Assembly: GCA_031835245.2 (NCBI GenBank)
Contig: JAVKOQ020000103.1
Coordinates: forward strand, 124,001-171,724
Direction: 5' to 3'
DNA length: 47,724 bases
Source of the DNA: Balamuthia mandrillaris
Lineage: Eukaryota
The position numbers were made by a program, and so were the translations under genes. Shown in pieces: positions 1-13,615 of the stretch. Every line of letters begins with the position of its first letter. Position 1 is the stretch's first letter. Under the pieces are notes generated by a model. The model ran no database searches. It was not told where the DNA came from and saw only the letters and a list, made by a program, of their open reading frames with translations.

Positions 1-26
1 TCTCCTCAAACTGATGAGCCAACCAG

Positions 27-907
27 CGGCGCTTCGGCTCGTCCTTCTGCCAACAACAGCGAAAATTGCATTCAAATAGAATCAAGCACTATGCTCGCAT
101 TGCAGCAGGAAATTCTGTCTCTCAACAACTTTATTCTCAACAAGACTACAGGCGACCAACACTATATCCACGTAAGTGGGCTTGTATTTGCTCAAATTGT
201 TCCAGAAGGCTTTTTATGGTATACTCTTCTCTTAGTCATCCCCCCTTGTTTCCAAAAATAACGAATCCTGTGTCCATTATTGCAGCATGTATAACCATCT
301 GCCCGCTGTGCATCATCGGTTGCGAGAAAGTCAGATCGTGATAGAGAATCTACGCACCTTCTGCAGCGATCCGAAGCGAGTTCGCATGTTTTTGGGCCAT
401 ATCCTCGACCCTCGCTCTCTCCAGTCTCTTGACGAAACTGCGGAAGAGGCCCTTCTGGAGAATTACCAGTTCCCAGACCTGCCTGCTTCCGTCTCGTCTT
501 CCTCTTTTTCCACTTCTTATTCTTCTGCTCCAACCTCTTCCTCCTTTGATATCTTTGGCGAGCAAACGCCTCCTCATTGGGCTGCTGCCAAGGTATCTGC
601 CACCATGAAGCATTCGAGCCACGAAAGAATTGCATCGCCCAGACGAAACGCACCACTACAGCACCCTCCTTCCCAGTCATCGAAAACCATTTCTACCCCG
701 ACTCTCCCACAAACTTCTTCTGTCGGTCCTGCCAAAGGAACGAACATTGCCACCAGCACTCCTGTAGCCACCTCTTCCTCTCCTTCCTCTTCTCCTTCCT
801 CCCATTATTTCAGCTCATCCAACAGCAGTGGGCATCGCGCCGCGGCTTACTATGCTGCTGTTCAGGGCGGGTCTCCCAGTTGGGATGTCTTCAACAGTTC
901 CTTTTAG
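27..907 (+). CDS. 3' part of a hypothetical protein with a Ser/Pro/Thr-rich tail (gene enters from the left edge; exon structure uncertain)
   Basis: 206-aa ORF 287-907 preceded by intron-like segments (GTAAGT at 172, TTGCAG ending 285). No recognisable domain. Confidence 0.4.
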
Positions 908-997
908 CAAAAATTGTTTTTGTTTGCGGCTTTTTATGTTATCGCTTGCGCAATATGAATGACAAAGAACGAAGGAAATGGATGGGCAACTAAGAGC

Positions 998-1115
998 CTA
1001 GTAATCATGGAGGAGGCCCATCGTTGCAGCAACCCTTCGTCGCACATCCGCATCTTTTTGCCGGAGAAGAGCCACGAGAGCTTTGTTTTGAGGCAGCAGA
1101 TTAAGATGGACAGTC

Positions 1116-1176
<61 letters not shown>

Positions 1177-2585
1177 AAAATTCAGAAGCGGAGAGAGATA
1201 CCTTGGGTTATCATTCCTACGTTCAACATTCGTCTCTTTTCTTTGGGAAGCTGGCCCAGGAGAGCGCCAACAAAGGTAGCAGCACTGCCACGCAGCTGCG
1301 TCCAATGGCTCTTGAAAAATTCAATGGAAGTCATGATATAGTAGTTCATTCGCTCAGGGTAATCTTGTATCTGTGTCACACCATCCCACACCATCAATAA
1401 AAAGGAGAAATAGAAAACAAACAAAGAATACAATAACGTACCAGTAGCTTGGCAAACTCCATCAAAAACTCGTCATAGTTAAGCTGGCTGCCGGGGTCCA
1501 ATGCGCTGTGATTCATGAATTCTTCAATGTCAGAAGCGCGCATGAGCTTGCTGTGACGTCGGATTGTTTTCTTGCACGCCTATTGGTTTTGTTGGAATGA
1601 AGCATAAGAACAAGGAAGAATAAAAGTGTAAAAAAGGAAAAGGACATAAGTCACCTCAACCACAGCATTGCAGGGGTCATTCATGTGCAACACAAGAGAT
1701 GGTAGGTAATGGTGAATTTGTTCGAAGAAAGGATCCACAGCGGTGCTGTACTGACCAAAGCGGGAGAGGGTGCCAAAAAGTGTAAATGCACTGCTGCGAA
1801 TCTCGTCCTTTGGCTTATGGTTGAAAAAGAATCATGTCAGGTAAATGGAATACGACTCATTTTTACGTAAAAACTCTTACATTTTCAAAGGCTGGACGTA
1901 TTCTTTGACAAAGGTTAACAAGAATAGGTGCAACCCTTCCTTCATCGATCAATTCAAAGACCTTTGTTGGCGATATATTGAAAGTTAGTGGAAGCACTAA
2001 GCAGAAAACGAATCAAAAGGACAACAGGCACCTTGGCAAGACCATCCATGGACGCCATACACAATCCTTCATCTGCAGAATCCACGCAGGAAACAAGAGC
2101 ATCCAAAATGGTTGCAGCATAGCGATCAACCTGTTGATAGTTAGAAAAGTTTAGCATACCAAAGAACATGAAAGACGAATATATCCGAAGACCTCATCTT
2201 TGCCAGCAGAGACGATGTTGCCAAGCCCCTTCAAAGCTTGCAGCTTGATTACAGGGTCAGAGAGACTGAACAAAAGGGCATTTACAAGCTTATCCAACAA
2301 TTGGGTATCTCCCTGTATGTTATTCATATCACAAAAAGGACAAATGTTTGTGAACAATGAAAATTGTAAGCAATGAGAACAGATACAAACATTTGTGAAG
2401 TTAATGAGTTCAGCAACAACAGCAGCAGAGACCACGCGGTGTCCTTGGTAGTTGCCCTTCAGGAATGGATATATAAATTCATAAATGGGATAGACTTTGT
2501 CCTTGTGTTCTCCACCCAGCACGCTGACAAGGATTAAACAAATTAATGACAAAGAGAGGGAAGGAGGATTCTGATGGCAAGGGGA

Positions 2586-2630
<45 letters not shown>

Positions 2631-5600
2631 AAGCACTTTATGATCTTGGTGATGGCCCGGTAGTATTCCGGTGTCTTAAGGATAGCCCATATATCTGAAG
2701 AATCAAGGACCTTACTCAGGGTTTCTTCTTTTGCACACTCCACAAACTGTTTGAAAGCAAATATGGCCTGCCTGCTCAAGCGCAACAACAACAAGCGAAT
2801 AAATAATACAAACAAAACAAAAACAAAATGAGATGAAATAAGAACAAACCCAAGAGCCTCATTTGTGCCATTAGTAGTTCCAAAACGCAGAAGAAGAGTG
2901 CACAGAAATTGGGCATAGTGCTCCTCCACTATAGCTGCCAGTTCTTTGGTTTGCATGATTTCTCCCAAAGCACATGTAGCCTGAACATTAACGCCATCAT
3001 TAATAGAACATAAACAAGCAACTTGCAATAGGAAAGAATATCAAGAAGCAAAAAGCAAACAAACAAACAAACAAACAAACTAACAAACAAACAAACAAAC
3101 AAACTAACAAACAAACTAACAAACTAACAAACTAACAAACTAACTAACAAACTAACAAACAAACAAAGAACATACAGCCATGGGCAAGTGCTTTGGAACA
3201 GGAGTCTTATCTCCTTTTTGATCATAAAGAAGGGAATGGTTGAGAATGTCGGTTAAGTGTGAAACCAGAACCATCACCAGATCCTTATCTTTGCCAATAA
3301 CCTGGAAAGATTTGATGACCACCCTTTTGATAACAACAAAGAAGTGAGCCCATTTAAATAAACACGTTGGCAAGCACGCAGAAAGAGGAATTACTCTTCA
3401 TGAGGGAGAGAACAGTTGAGCAGCTCTTCAATGACAGGAAGGGTGTGGTGCAGTGCCAAATTGCGTACGGCATGCAGGGTGGCGTGTAGCGTAGACTCCT
3501 GCTTTATTTTCTTCATTTCTTGTAGAAGAGTGCTTACAATACTGGGCACTTGCTCTTCCAACTCCTCGCCCCGCCTCGTTATCAGGCCTTTATTTACCAA
3601 AAAAAAAACAATGGTGTTAGAGAGCAGCCCAACTCTGAGAGAGGAGAGAGGGAGGGAGGGAGGGAAGAGAGCAGATGCGAAACCATTAAGCACGATACAA
3701 GCGCCACTGGCACTTGTCAGCTGGCTGTCCGTCAACCCAGGCAGTAAATGTTCCAAAACGAGAAGCAACTCCTTCAATGAGAGCATCTCAGCGAGGATGG
3801 CACACATATCCTGCATGACGCGGTACTGTTCGTTAATGTCTGTAGAGCCAGCCCTTGTCTTTAGGGTGTTAAGAGGGCGCAGCACATTCGGGGGAGGAAC
3901 AGGCTGAAGTTGAGCGGTTGCGTTATTAGTATCACCCTCTTCTTTTTGTTTGTCCGCTTTTTGTTCAGCATTCTTTTGTAGCATAAAATCAATATCTAAG
4001 AAAGCAAGCGAAAGTGAGGTCAAGGAAGATGCGGTGGCCTAGTTTTTAACAGAGAAGAGGAAAGGGAGAAAAGAGGATACACATCATAATTCCCACAGCT
4101 TCGACGGCTTTATGCCGGATCTCGACTTTAGGGTCGGTACAACGAGGCACAAGTGCGGCTAGGTTGCGTCCCACTCCCTCCCACTTCGCTTCTTGCTTCT
4201 ACAGAATTCAACAGAAGCTTATCAGCAACCTAAAATAAGACAGGGCGAAAAAGACGATGCCGACAAACCAATTTAGCCAGTTTTTCGGCAAGGTCCGTTC
4301 CTGTGCGGAGCTCCACAAACTTCTTCAGTATAAAGAGGAATGAGCTAACAGCTCGTTCTCTCTGCAATGCGTCGGGAGAACGAGTGTAGCTCTCTAACAC
4401 CTATCGTCATTGGAAGACAGATATCGTAAGAAAACTTGTGAGAGACGAAGCAAAAATTACGTACGCGGAAGATGCGATCCATGCAAACTACAGTGGGATC
4501 CATCGATAATGCAGCGGCAAACACTTCGTCCAGCTTACTGTACACCTCGGAAAGGCCAGCGGAAGGCTCTGCAGGCAATGTAATCACAGAGCACGCTGTT
4601 TGCAGCAATTGTGCTTCTACCTCTTCCGTGAGTCGCGGCTCCAGCAGTCTAGATTCAACATCAGCAAATCTAAAACATCTACAAGGAATTGTAACCAATT
4701 AAATTGTTGGGTTACGTACATAAAACTGGTGCAAGTATTCAAGATAAGGCCTCGTAGTTCATTAGTCACCTCATTGGCATTGGCAGAGGACTTAGAACTG
4801 GAGGAAGAACTTGAGCTCTTGCTTGTCTTGGATGAAGTGCTGACAGTCAGAAAAGCAAGCAACTGCTTCAGCAAGTCGTTACGCTGCTTCAGCATGTAAG
4901 GGCCGCCCAAGTGAGAAGGGTTCATTGCTTTGCCAATCAACTCTAGAGATTTGACGATGCACTCCTGTTATTTTTAAACGAAAACGGTAAGACGGTCATT
5001 CGAGCAGGAACACCGACAGTATGGAAAACACTGTTGGAGAGAATTTGACCTTGCGTTTCAGTTTCACCGCTTTCTCCATGAATGGCTTCATGGGGTTGAT
5101 GATATGCACGTCGATACGATTTGTGATAAGGCTTGGCGGTGCGTAGGCCGTCACAAAGCCGAAAGCGAGCAGGCAGGTGTCGACACGACCACCACTGGCA
5201 GCTGCTTTTTTGCTGCTTCCACCACCGCTGCTGCTGCTGCTTGACGAAAAGAAGCTGAGAAACCCCCCTCCTCCTCCTCCACTTCCGCCTCCCTCATTGC
5301 CTTTGCCTGCAAAGTCATCAGTGGGTGCAAACGAGCAAACACAACATTAGGAGAATAAAGGAGGATAGGCGATTCGGGAGACGAAATATGACTACATACC
5401 GGATTCGAATTTCTTCAGCGAACCGTTAATTATGTCGAGAACCATGTCCAAGTGAGCAGCTCCACAGTATCCCAATGCCTGAGCGCAACCCTGGCGCTCC
5501 AGTTCATTAGTGTGCTGAACGGCGTCTAACAGAGACTCTAACTTGGCTCTGATGAAGTCTTTCTTGGTGAGTTTTTGAAGCACAAGACCCATATGAAGAA

Positions 5601-8179
5601 TACATGCTTTCTGTAGGAGCAAGGATGTTTTTAGTGAGGGAACCGATTGCAACGAGAAAGAAGGTACGAGCAAACCTTCAATTCAGGATCTTGATTGTAG
5701 GAAGAAAGCTGAGTTTCCAATGCATTTCCCAATGACATAGCCCATTCTTCATTCTGGGCTAGCTTTAAGCTTTCGGAGAGCAGGCGGAGGATAAGTTCCG
5801 ACCAAGCTTTGGCGTCCCATTTATCACCACCATTTGCTGTATTACATGAAGGCAGATTATCAGTGAGAACGCCGTTCCTGTGGTTATTTTATCTTTTTAA
5901 AAAAAAAAATGAGCTCAAGGGGGCGCACTCTTTAAGTATTGATGAAGTTTGGGGATGGCTTGATCCCACATTGTGGCCACATCCTCGCGAATAAGCGGAC
6001 CTAAGGAGTGAAGGCAGTTGAGGGCATGCGTGCCGAGGTCACTTCGCCGAAGCGGTACGCAAAGAAGTACCAAGAGACGAGCCAGGATTTCTGCTGGCTT
6101 GGGCAAATTGACTAGACATTTACTTTGTCAGCAAACCAACCAAGCAAAAGAAAGATGGGAGCGAGGGAAGAAGCGGAGAGAACCAAGTCGCTCGAAATCA
6201 ATCCAATATTGGTCGTCGTCTTCATTTTGCTCGCTGGCTTCTCGGTGAACCTTGGCCAAATGAGCGGCAGATTTAAAAATGATTGCAATAGCTTCCGTGT
6301 ATTGGGGCGAGACCAAAAATTCCAGAATGAATGGCCACATTACTTTCTGCATACAAGGAATGGTGGTGGACACCAAGTTGAGAATACTGTCACACATATC
6401 CCGAAACTCTTGTGGTGTTGCGGCATCAGCGTTCTTAGCAGCTTTTTCTTTTCCAGAAGGCGATGCTTCCAATTCCTGCTGTGACATACTGCAGCCTTTT
6501 ACGATAAATTCAATGCAGGTCTGGCCACCTTCTTCGGAAAGGTAGTCGTGGGAAGCCATTACTATGATAAGTTGAGCCAACGCTTTTTTTACTTCGAGGG
6601 ACGTCTCCCCTTTCAGCGAAGGCTGGATGCCTGACACCAACAATCCTTTTTTGCCCTCCATGTGACGCTCTACTCAAGTGGCAAGAAACGAGTTTAGTCA
6701 TCGAGAAAGAGCTAAAGCTAGTGAATGAAAACTCACCAAGACGGGTTACGATATGCTTAAAGATGCGTAAGGTGCCCGCTCTGAGATGGGCCGATTTGCA
6801 TATTTTAGGGTCCAACTTGCCTAACAAGAAGTGAATGACTTCCTCGCTGAAAACCTTGCCTGTGTGGCGGGGGCTTAGCACAAAATTTCAAGGAACACAG
6901 ATAAAGAAGAGGTAAGCTAACCAAGAATTTCGATGCAACGCATCAGCTCATTATTGTTTTTAATAGCATTGGCATCTGTCATGTCCACAGGAAGGCAGGA
7001 TAAATGATGCAGTGCTGTGAGAAGGTTGTTGAGATGAGGTTCCAACATGCGACTTTCATCTTTGATAGCAACTTCCAGAATCACGCACAGGCCCTGCGTT
7101 GTGAGCAAATAATGTTAACACAACGGGGGAAGAGGGAGGGAGAAGAGATTTACCATCGTTAACGGCAAATGATCCTTATCTTTCTTGTAGAGAGCCAAAA
7201 TACCAGTAAGCAGGCGAGAAAGTTGTGACTCAAACTGAGAGGTGGTAAGGACAGCACACATGGAACCCACCGCTTGAATTGTTGCGGTTCGAACCTTTCA
7301 AAAGAAACAGAGAAATAAGAACTAGCAAAAATCGAACAGTAACAAAAAACCGATCGGTACCTTGACCTCGCGAGAAGGCACCCAGTTAGTGAACAGCAGC
7401 TCGTAGGCAGGGAACACCTCTCCACTAAAGTCTTGCACCTCCATCTTGGGGTATGGGCTGGACTCTCCCTCGGCCTTGACGTTGGCTACGTAGCTTACAA
7501 TGGCATCACAGAATTTGCCCAACGTGGAAGCAAACACCCATTTAAGGTTGTCTTGCTTGACAAGACCTAACACTGGGATTACACGAGCCAGACAACCCTT
7601 AAGATGAGGCACCACCGCAAGTGCTGTTTAACATTAGGTGAATCCAGTTAGCACAAATTACACGGGTACTAAAGCAAATAGAGAGGGGCACGCACGATAG
7701 GCAACGGCAAAGTCTCCCAATGTCTTGAGAATGAAATAGTGGGGAATGCTTCCAGGCGAAAACCTTTCCATTAACTCCTTCATGAGGGTATCGGGCCAGC
7801 GCATGCCTACTGATACCAATACCGTTGATGCTTGCCCTTGCCAATCCGGTGATACATCCTGCGGTCATGTACATCATCATTAACAGAAGAGTTAACCAGC
7901 AGAAAGGATATAAAGATGACGAAAGAAATGACAAAAAAGAGAAAGAGAAAAGAAACGACGAAATAGAAAGAGAAATGACTAAAGAAGGAAGAGAGAAAGC
8001 ACCTTGGAGCGAGTCATATCGCCCATTGCGACTTTGAAAAGAGGAGCAGCAAGGTCCTCCTCTATTTGGTCACGCCTCACCTCTAGCACCTTTTCTATTA
8101 CTTTTAGCAGCAGTATTCTGTGCTCCGTTGGCGCCTTTTAAATTGAAAAGTGTTAATCGTCAGAGATGAGTTATCAGAC

Positions 8180-8233
<54 letters not shown>

Positions 8234-8256
8234 GAGCCGAGGACAGTAAAGGAGAG

Positions 8257-8287
<31 letters not shown>

Positions 8288-8695
8288 TAGGCAGAGCAGA
8301 GCAGAGCAGAGCAGGGCTACGAGAGCAGATACATTGTTGTTTTTCAGGAGGAAATCAAGAGAGGCGCTGATGACGAGGTCAGGCTGGTGCCTGCCAATAT
8401 CGAGGAGGGAGTTGGTAATGGTACGCTTCACTTTGACAGAGCTGTCATTTGCGTGAGCACAAAGGGCCACCACCAATTCTGTTGTTACAACAATAAAGTC
8501 AGCCCTCCTGCAACCAACCACTCGCAGAGGTGAGGAGAAGAAAAAGAAGAGCACAAGAGAAAGCAAAGAGAGAGAAGAGCGCAAACGAAACGGACCGTCC
8601 ACGTGGCCGCCAGTGCCGAGCATGACCTCGGAAGCGGAGGAGCCGCCTCCCCCTTTGTTATCCTTTTTCTTCTTCTTGCTAGTGAACAAACTCAT
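998..8695 (-). CDS. MROH1: Maestro HEAT-like repeat protein (MROH1/HEATR7A family), many exons
   Basis: Spliced exons give helical HEAT-type segments typical of MROH1, e.g. 'LLDIGRHQPDLVI', 'LAQLIIVMASHDYLSEEGG', 'WPFILEFL', 'PKPAEILARLLVLL', 'ERQGCAQALGYCGAAHLD', 'AALVPRCTDP'. ATG at 8695, TAG at 998-1000. Confidence 0.85.
1116..1175. repeat. (GA)n microsatellite in the last MROH1 intron (similar tracts at ~2582-2627, 8177-8290, 9054-9089, 9693, 10140, 10565, 11761, 25104, 36264)
   Basis: Seen directly in the sequence. Confidence 0.95.
3058..3166. repeat. (AAAC)n/(AACT) tetranucleotide tract in a MROH1 intron
   Basis: Seen directly in the sequence. Confidence 0.95.
3996..4080 (-). other. 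Probable U12-type (minor spliceosome) GT-AG intron in MROH1
   Basis: Donor GTATCCTCTT, branch-point match TTCCTTGAC about 20-30 nt before the AG. Removal joins ...GIMM-Y-IDFMLQK in frame. Confidence 0.65.
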
Positions 8696-9048
8696 GGTCC
8701 CAACACCACCTGTTGTTGCTGTTAAATGGTTACTACCAGTATTATTTGTTCCGCCACCAAAGGACTACCGCTTGGCCACTACTTTGCTGCGATCAACGGC
8801 CGCGCCCCCCACTCGCCGCTCTTTTTTCCCACCACAAACTAACACACACAGGAAAAAAAACAAAGAGGTATTAATAGTGGGGCAACAAAGGGAAACCCGG
8901 CGCCGACGTTTTACTTTTCTTCTGCGCTCTCCTCTCCTCTCTTCCTCTCTCCTATACTCTCTCTTGTCCTCTCTCCTATACTCTCTCCTCTTCTCTCGCT
9001 TGTCCTCTGTGTTATCTATCGCGGGGCGTTTTATTCGTTCAAGGGAAG

Positions 9049-9092
<44 letters not shown>

Positions 9093-9102
9093 CCTAAACT
9101 TA

Positions 9103-11757
9103 TTATGTAGTGTCCTGCTGCTGAGTACTGCGAGTTTGTTCAATGGAGAAGTTCTGCCCATCTCTTTCTTCGCCATCCCGTTGCTGTTGTCCCATTATGA
9201 TGGAGAGCTCAAAACTAGAAAGAGAGGAAAGATCTTCGATGCCACCGTCAGGGTGCACCCGCCCTAGCTCATCCAGTCCAACCGCCACGTTACGGATATG
9301 GTAGGTAGCGTCCCGCTCTCCCGCTTCTCCCTCCTTCTCTTTATCTTTACTTGCTGATAAGGGTCCGGCTGCCTCACCTGGTGAAGCCGGTGGAATTTGC
9401 AAGCGCATCTGTGCGCCAACTTGCCGTACGCGCTTCATTCCAGCGGGCGTTGTTGATGACTCTCTGTCATTTACTCCCTCCGCTTCAAACGTGAAATTAG
9501 ACCTATTTATAATAATTTTGTTTAAAAGGTGTTACTATCTTGGGAAAAAATGTTGACTTCATTAAACCTACCCACTGGACAACATGGGGCCTATTGTGTC
9601 TTTCCCAACAAATGGGTGTTCCAGCAGTTCCGCTGCTGTTGGCCGTAGTTTAGGATCGCTGTTTATTACAAATGAAAATATTGTCAGACATAAGAGAGAG
9701 AGAGAGAGAGAGAGAGGGGGGGAGATAGCGGGAGAGGAGAGAGAACAAAAAGACATTTTACCGTGTGAAACACAAAGAAAGAAAGTGCTTGGCTTGATTG
9801 GAAAGGGTGGAAGGTATAGTGGGAACCATGCCGGGAGAGCCAATTTTAAACAAAGCAGCAACAGGGGGGAGTTCAGCCCAAGGCGGCCGGCCCGTTGCCA
9901 TTTCTACCAGCACAGCACCAACGCTCCAAATATCGGCTTTCCTCCCATAGTTTTTGCCCACAATTACCTCTGGAGCCATGTAATATGGCGTCCTGTTTTA
10001 GCACGTTGGAGTTATTAGGTTGAGAGACCAGAGGCAATAAATAAGGTAGAAAAAGTACCCTGTAACTGTATTGCAACCCTGCCCGTAGCTCACCATGTCT
10101 AAACACCACATCAGATTTTAAGATATTATGGAGGGAGCAGAGAGAGAGAGAGAGAGAGAGAGGGTACCTTTTAATTTTTTGGAAGCTCCAAAGTCAGCCA
10201 AATGAAGGGTGCCTCTATTGCTAACCAGAATGTTGGCCCCTTTGATATCTGTGATGGGTGATGTCAAAACAAGAAGTATAATGTTAAGAAAAAGGACAAA
10301 CCTCTATGGGCATAGCCTTTTTCGTGCAGATAATTAAGACCCAGCAATATTTGTCTGGTGAAGGACCGTATCATATTTTCACTAAAGTGATGAAATTTGT
10401 GGAGAAGGCTGGCTATGGTTCCTCCTGGAATCAGCTCCATGAAAATATTGAGCGAGGTGTCAACTCGCTCGCTCCCCAAGTAACGCACAATGTTTTTGTG
10501 CTTGAGCTTGCTCAAGATCTCTATCTCTTTTTGCAAGGATAGCACCTAGTGAATATAGAACAATAGAGAGAGAGAGAGAGAAGAGAGAAGAGAGCATAAG
10601 AATAGCGACAAAAAAAAAGGCAAGTGAAGGCTATGAATACCGCTTTGGCCTCGTGGTTGTTTTGCAAGGTAGCAGGTAGAGTGACCTGCTTAACAGCCAT
10701 TAGCTCGCCTGTGTCTGTGTTCATTCCTTCGTAGACAGTACCAAAGCCCCCTTTTCCCAAAAGTCCTCCCTTTCTCCACCGTATCTTGCGTGGGGGCTCC
10801 GAACTCTTTGTCTCTGGTGTTTCCTCTTCGTCTTCCTCCTCTTTCCCTCTTGCTCGAGCTTCAATCTCTCTGCTGGGTGCTTTGGTTTTGACAGAGATCT
10901 CTTCTTCGTCATTCACAATTTTGTTTGAGCGATTAGCGATAATTTGAGAGCCGCTTTTTCGTTTGATTTTGCTGCCTTTCATCGATTTGCTCTTGGCACG
11001 ACCTGAACCCTTTTTCTTTTTCTTCTTTTTTTTCACTGGTTGTGCTGCAGCAGTTGAAAATGGATTCAGGGCTGTGCCGCTGTTGGGAGCTGATGTGCTT
11101 AATGAGGGGCGCACTAGTGCTGTATCGCCTTCAAACGAAGAAAGCGGGCTGGGTAGCCCGTTGCTGCTTACGATGTAAACCTTAAAGCTGAAGCGGTTCG
11201 TGTGAGAAGAAGTAGGGCTGGAGGAATTGCTTCTGTTCTCCAAAAAGGAGGTATATTTTGCAAAGTAATGGGCGAAGGCTTCTTCTAAATCTTCTTGAGA
11301 TCGAATGGTGATGATGTCTCCCTCCTCATCCTTGTACTGAAGACAAATGGCTTCTGCGTACTCCTTTTGTAGGCGGTGCATCAGGTTGCTGTATGTTATA
11401 TCCCGTGGGACTGATACCATTCGTATTTCCGAATTGAAGTGGCACTTGAGTCGAACCTAGCGAAGAAACGTTAAATTTAATGAACCAGAAGAGGGATCAA
11501 TGGAGAACAAAGACAAGAACAGTGATGTTGAAGAAAAGATAAGATACCCTGTGAAAAATGTTATCAGAATCTTGTGCAGACGGAAACAACCGGTCTGAGT
11601 CAGTTGAACTATCAAGGCAGTAGCTAGGACTTTCCTCACCAGCGCCTCGCTGATAGTAGGCATGTACATCATTGAAACAAGAATCGTTCATGTTTTTTCC
11701 ACCAATAATATACTTTAATTGGGGCAAGTTAATTCATTGCAAGTGCAAGTGCAAGTG

Positions 11758-11791
<34 letters not shown>

Positions 11792-13231
11792 GTGACGTAC
11801 AAGGGCGCGCGAGGTACAAGAACAAGAATGAAAATAGCGTGGAGAGGGGCACGAGCTTACTTCCATCAGAACCCATGTACGCGCAGCTAAAGCACCATTT
11901 AAAAAAGTGTAAGATAAAAGGATACAAGGGCGAAAAGCAGGCAAAAGGTACCAAAGTAATAGGCATAGAGCTGAGAGAAGTCAGCAGTACCATCTCCACC
12001 TCCAAAAATGTACATAACGCTGTTGTTGCGGTTGTCCGTCGTTACCACTGCTGAGTGGCCCCACCGCGGGCTTGGCGGTTTGCCTCTCGTTTTTACTAAT
12101 GTCCAACTTCTTGTATCTGCCGATTGCAAACATGAGCGAGTGCGAACGAGAATAATAAATTAGAGAAGGAGAAAGAGGGAGAAAAGAGACGAAAAAACAA
12201 GCAAGCAGTATAACCAACCAAAGTGAAACTCATAGAGGTCATTTGAGCAGTTACCGCGAGTGGCCTTGCCGCCAAAGACGAACATGGAACGCTCGTAAAC
12301 AACACCAGTATGGTGGTAACGGGCAATGGTGTTTGCTTCATCATCACCGCCAACAGCGGCACCGCCAACATTACTACCTCCAAGCACGAGGCTTCCAGTT
12401 TTACCGCCGCCGCTACTGCCAGTGCCACCAGACCCACCGATACTACCTCCACCATTGGCGAGGATAGCAGAGTCAGCAGGTCCTTCCGTCTCCACCCTTT
12501 CCCACTTTTTTTCCTTAAAGTCCATCCGATATATGTCATCGCAAGTAAATCCATGGTGGTCGTAGCCACCGAATATGTACAAGTCCCCATCAAAGTTGAC
12601 CGCACTGTGACCGTAACGTGCAAGTGGGTCTGGTGTTTTTTGTTTCAGTCGAATCCGCTTCCACTCCAATTTTTCTGGGCACGAGAGTGTTAGTCTCTCT
12701 CGTCACAGACTCAGTGTGCGAACGAGAACGAGAACGAGAAACGAAGAGAGAAAGTTAACTAACCAAAGTCAAACCGGAAGAGGTCAGCGTGGTAACCGTT
12801 GCTCTTGCCTCCGTGTATATACATGCAATTCTCGCCAACAGCCACGGCATGGAAATGGCGGCTTTGTGGCACTTGGCCCTTGGTCTTCGCCTCATACCAG
12901 CGCTCCTTGGCTTTTTTTTTTTTTGAAACAGAACGCATGTTAAAATAACTGGTCTGAGGAAAGCTAACCACGGTTGCTCACCAAGATCAAAAATAATGAC
13001 GCTGTCGGAGAAACAGCCTTTTTCGTCGCAACCGCCAAAAAGGAAGAGGTTGTCGGAAGCGAGCACAGAGGTGTGCCCATAAGATTTGCGGGGCAAGCCG
13101 GGGACTTGCAGCAAGCCCCAGGAGGCAGAAGCCGAGGTGGAAGAAGGGGGTGGTCCGCTTCTTGGAAGTGCTGTGGGACCAACCACGCTACCATTCCACC
13201 GTGGTGAGACAAAGGAGGGAGAGGTCTCCAT
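9103..13231 (-). CDS. MAP kinase kinase kinase (STE11/MEKK2-3-like) with N-terminal Kelch repeats and a PB1 domain
   Basis: Kelch repeats (YGHTSV..LFLFGG, RYGHSAV..YIFGG, RYHHTGV..MFVFGG, RWGHSAV..YIFGG, RYFHSC..YIIGG). PB1 (VRLKCHF...[13 protein letters not shown]). Kinase ([40 protein letters not shown]). Exons join in frame at GT-AG sites. Confidence 0.85.
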
Positions 13232-13492
13232 TAATAGTGGAGCTTCCACTTTGGTCACCAAAGCACGCGTTTTTTCCCTTCCTGGTTCAACCTGTAGCTG
13301 CAGTACTTAGCTCGTGTGTCCTTTGGATCGCAACGTTTGACCAGACCGGAAGGGGGATTTTGGCTTTGCTGTGCAGTGCTGCGGGTGGGCGTTAGCAAAC
13401 TGGTGGTGGTGGTGCCGTTGGTCTCCCCTTCGTCTTTGGGCGCCTGAGGGGTTATTTGCCAAAGTCATCAAAAAAAAAGGGTATACGGGACC

Positions 13493-13615
13493 GGGTGGCG
13501 TGGGTGCTCCCCCTCCTTCTCCTTGAGGGAAAAACCCCTAATGATTAGTGTCTTGCAGGGCTTTTCGCCCCAGGGCCCCCTTGTAGTCACTAAGGAGGAG
13601 GGAGCACCAGCACCC
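13493..13615. other. Candidate structured RNA element (long stem enclosing internal hairpins)
   Basis: 13503-13518 GGTGCTCCCCCTCCTT pairs with 13592-13608 AAGGAGGAGGGAGCACC (16 bp, one bulge). Outer GGGTG/CACCC pair and inner hairpins are also present. Confidence 0.35.

Noticed and set aside
11917..11926. GTATCCTT U12-like donor motif (minus strand; another at ~21244 plus strand)
   Set aside because: Both lie inside introns whose upstream U2 donors already give the conserved protein, and neither has a U12 branch point.
13530..13545. AAACCCCTAA as a telomerase-template or SECIS-related motif
   Set aside because: Too short and not a 1.5-repeat template. No SECIS core geometry and no in-frame TGA selenoprotein nearby.
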